A DNA stretch of 64,000 nucleotides, from NCBI GenBank assembly GCA_010015805.1, contig ML978130.1, positions 868,001 to 932,000 on the forward strand, written 5' to 3'. The translations under genes and the position numbers were made by a program. The DNA comes from Rhizodiscina lignyota. Taxonomy: Eukaryota. Shown piece after piece: positions 63,335-64,000 of the stretch; position 1 is the first letter of the stretch, and each line of letters begins with the position of its first letter. Under the pieces are notes generated by a model that ran no database searches, was not told where the DNA came from, and saw nothing but the letters and a program-made list of their open reading frames with translations.

Positions 63335-63734
63335 AGAAAGGACATGCGATACCCATCTTTCGAATATGCTTCAAGAGGACATGAGATCTGTTAATTTCGC
63401 CCTTCCGGACGTTCATTTATCGGAGATGGATGCCCAGACCGCGCAACTCAAGGCAGCACGCATCTGAGACCAAAGTGCGAGCGTAACGCGGAATAGCAGG
63501 GGTGTTGTCGCCCTTTCAGTTTCCCTTTCAGTTTGCCCTTCCAGACCCCTGTAGCCTCTCTCAAGTCTACAAGTATACCATTGACCCCTCTCACAATTCT
63601 CCGCTCTCTCACCGTTCAAAACGTCTTCTCTTTGGCTCATTCACAGTCACGTGTTCCTTCACCGGTTTTTTAGTCCTACTCATTTTGCCCTTTCAGCTCG
63701 CACTGCAGCTCTACGCCCGACCGCCCTACCAATC

Positions 63735-63856
63735 ATGAGCGACAACGGATACAGCATGCCTGACCTGCAGCACCAGGACTTCTTCGATTGGGAACAGTAC
63801 TACGGATACGATGGCTCGGCTGAAGCGGGAGGCGCTCTTGATGACGTGGAACCTGG
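63735..63856 (+). CDS. Probable first exon of a gene continuing beyond the window
   Basis: ATCATGAGC start (MSDNGYSMPDLQHQDFFDWEQYY...) ending at a GTGAGT donor. Confidence 0.45.
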
Positions 63857-64000
63857 GTGAGTTTAAAAAAAAAAGACAGGGGCTGACCGAAGGGCAAAAG
63901 AATCAGCTTCGGACCTCACTGTCCTCCAAATCAGATCACACAAAACCCACCCCCCACAGCCCTTCAGCCGAAGGAGCCCGATCCACCTGTCGGGTCCGAT

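Noticed and set aside
1..64000. Transposons, CRISPR arrays, rRNA, and the many antisense ORFs in the track
   Set aside because: No transposase or reverse-transcriptase motifs, terminal repeats, repeat-spacer arrays or rRNA sequence were seen; the antisense ORFs are shadows of real CDSs.

Overview
Gene-dense chromosomal DNA from a filamentous ascomycete, judged by short GT-AG introns with CTAAC/CTGAC branch points, a Zn2Cys6 factor and Clr5-domain genes. Recognisable housekeeping genes encode an M50B peptidase, a fungal ATP-dependent DNA-ligase paralogue, an acid ceramidase-like Ntn hydrolase, a peroxisomal methylacyl-CoA racemase, a mitochondrial Mrx11-like protein, a KduD-like SDR, GTP cyclohydrolase I, a Ctk1/Lsk1-type CTD kinase and IMPACT/Yih1. 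Accessory blocks lie between them. Main leads: (1) an unannotated ~160-nt minus-strand RNA gene at 25.8-26.0 kb with a complete yeast-U6-type Pol III layout (TATA, internal A box, T10 terminator, downstream B box) and a G-U-rich branched fold that I cannot match to a known RNA; (2) a ~730-nt densely helical + strand segment upstream of YIH1; (3) a small candidate cluster at 5.2-14.4 kb combining a Tad1/CMLE-type lyase, a MmgE/PrpD enzyme, a ToxA-like methyltransferase, an NmrA-like reductase and a Zn2Cys6 regulator; (4) a head-to-head pair of secreted proteins (PLSTG-repeat protein and HEXXH zincin); (5) a Clr5-ankyrin gene with an apparent 1-nt frameshift. All family assignments come from motif recognition and memory. 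No database search or folding program was run.
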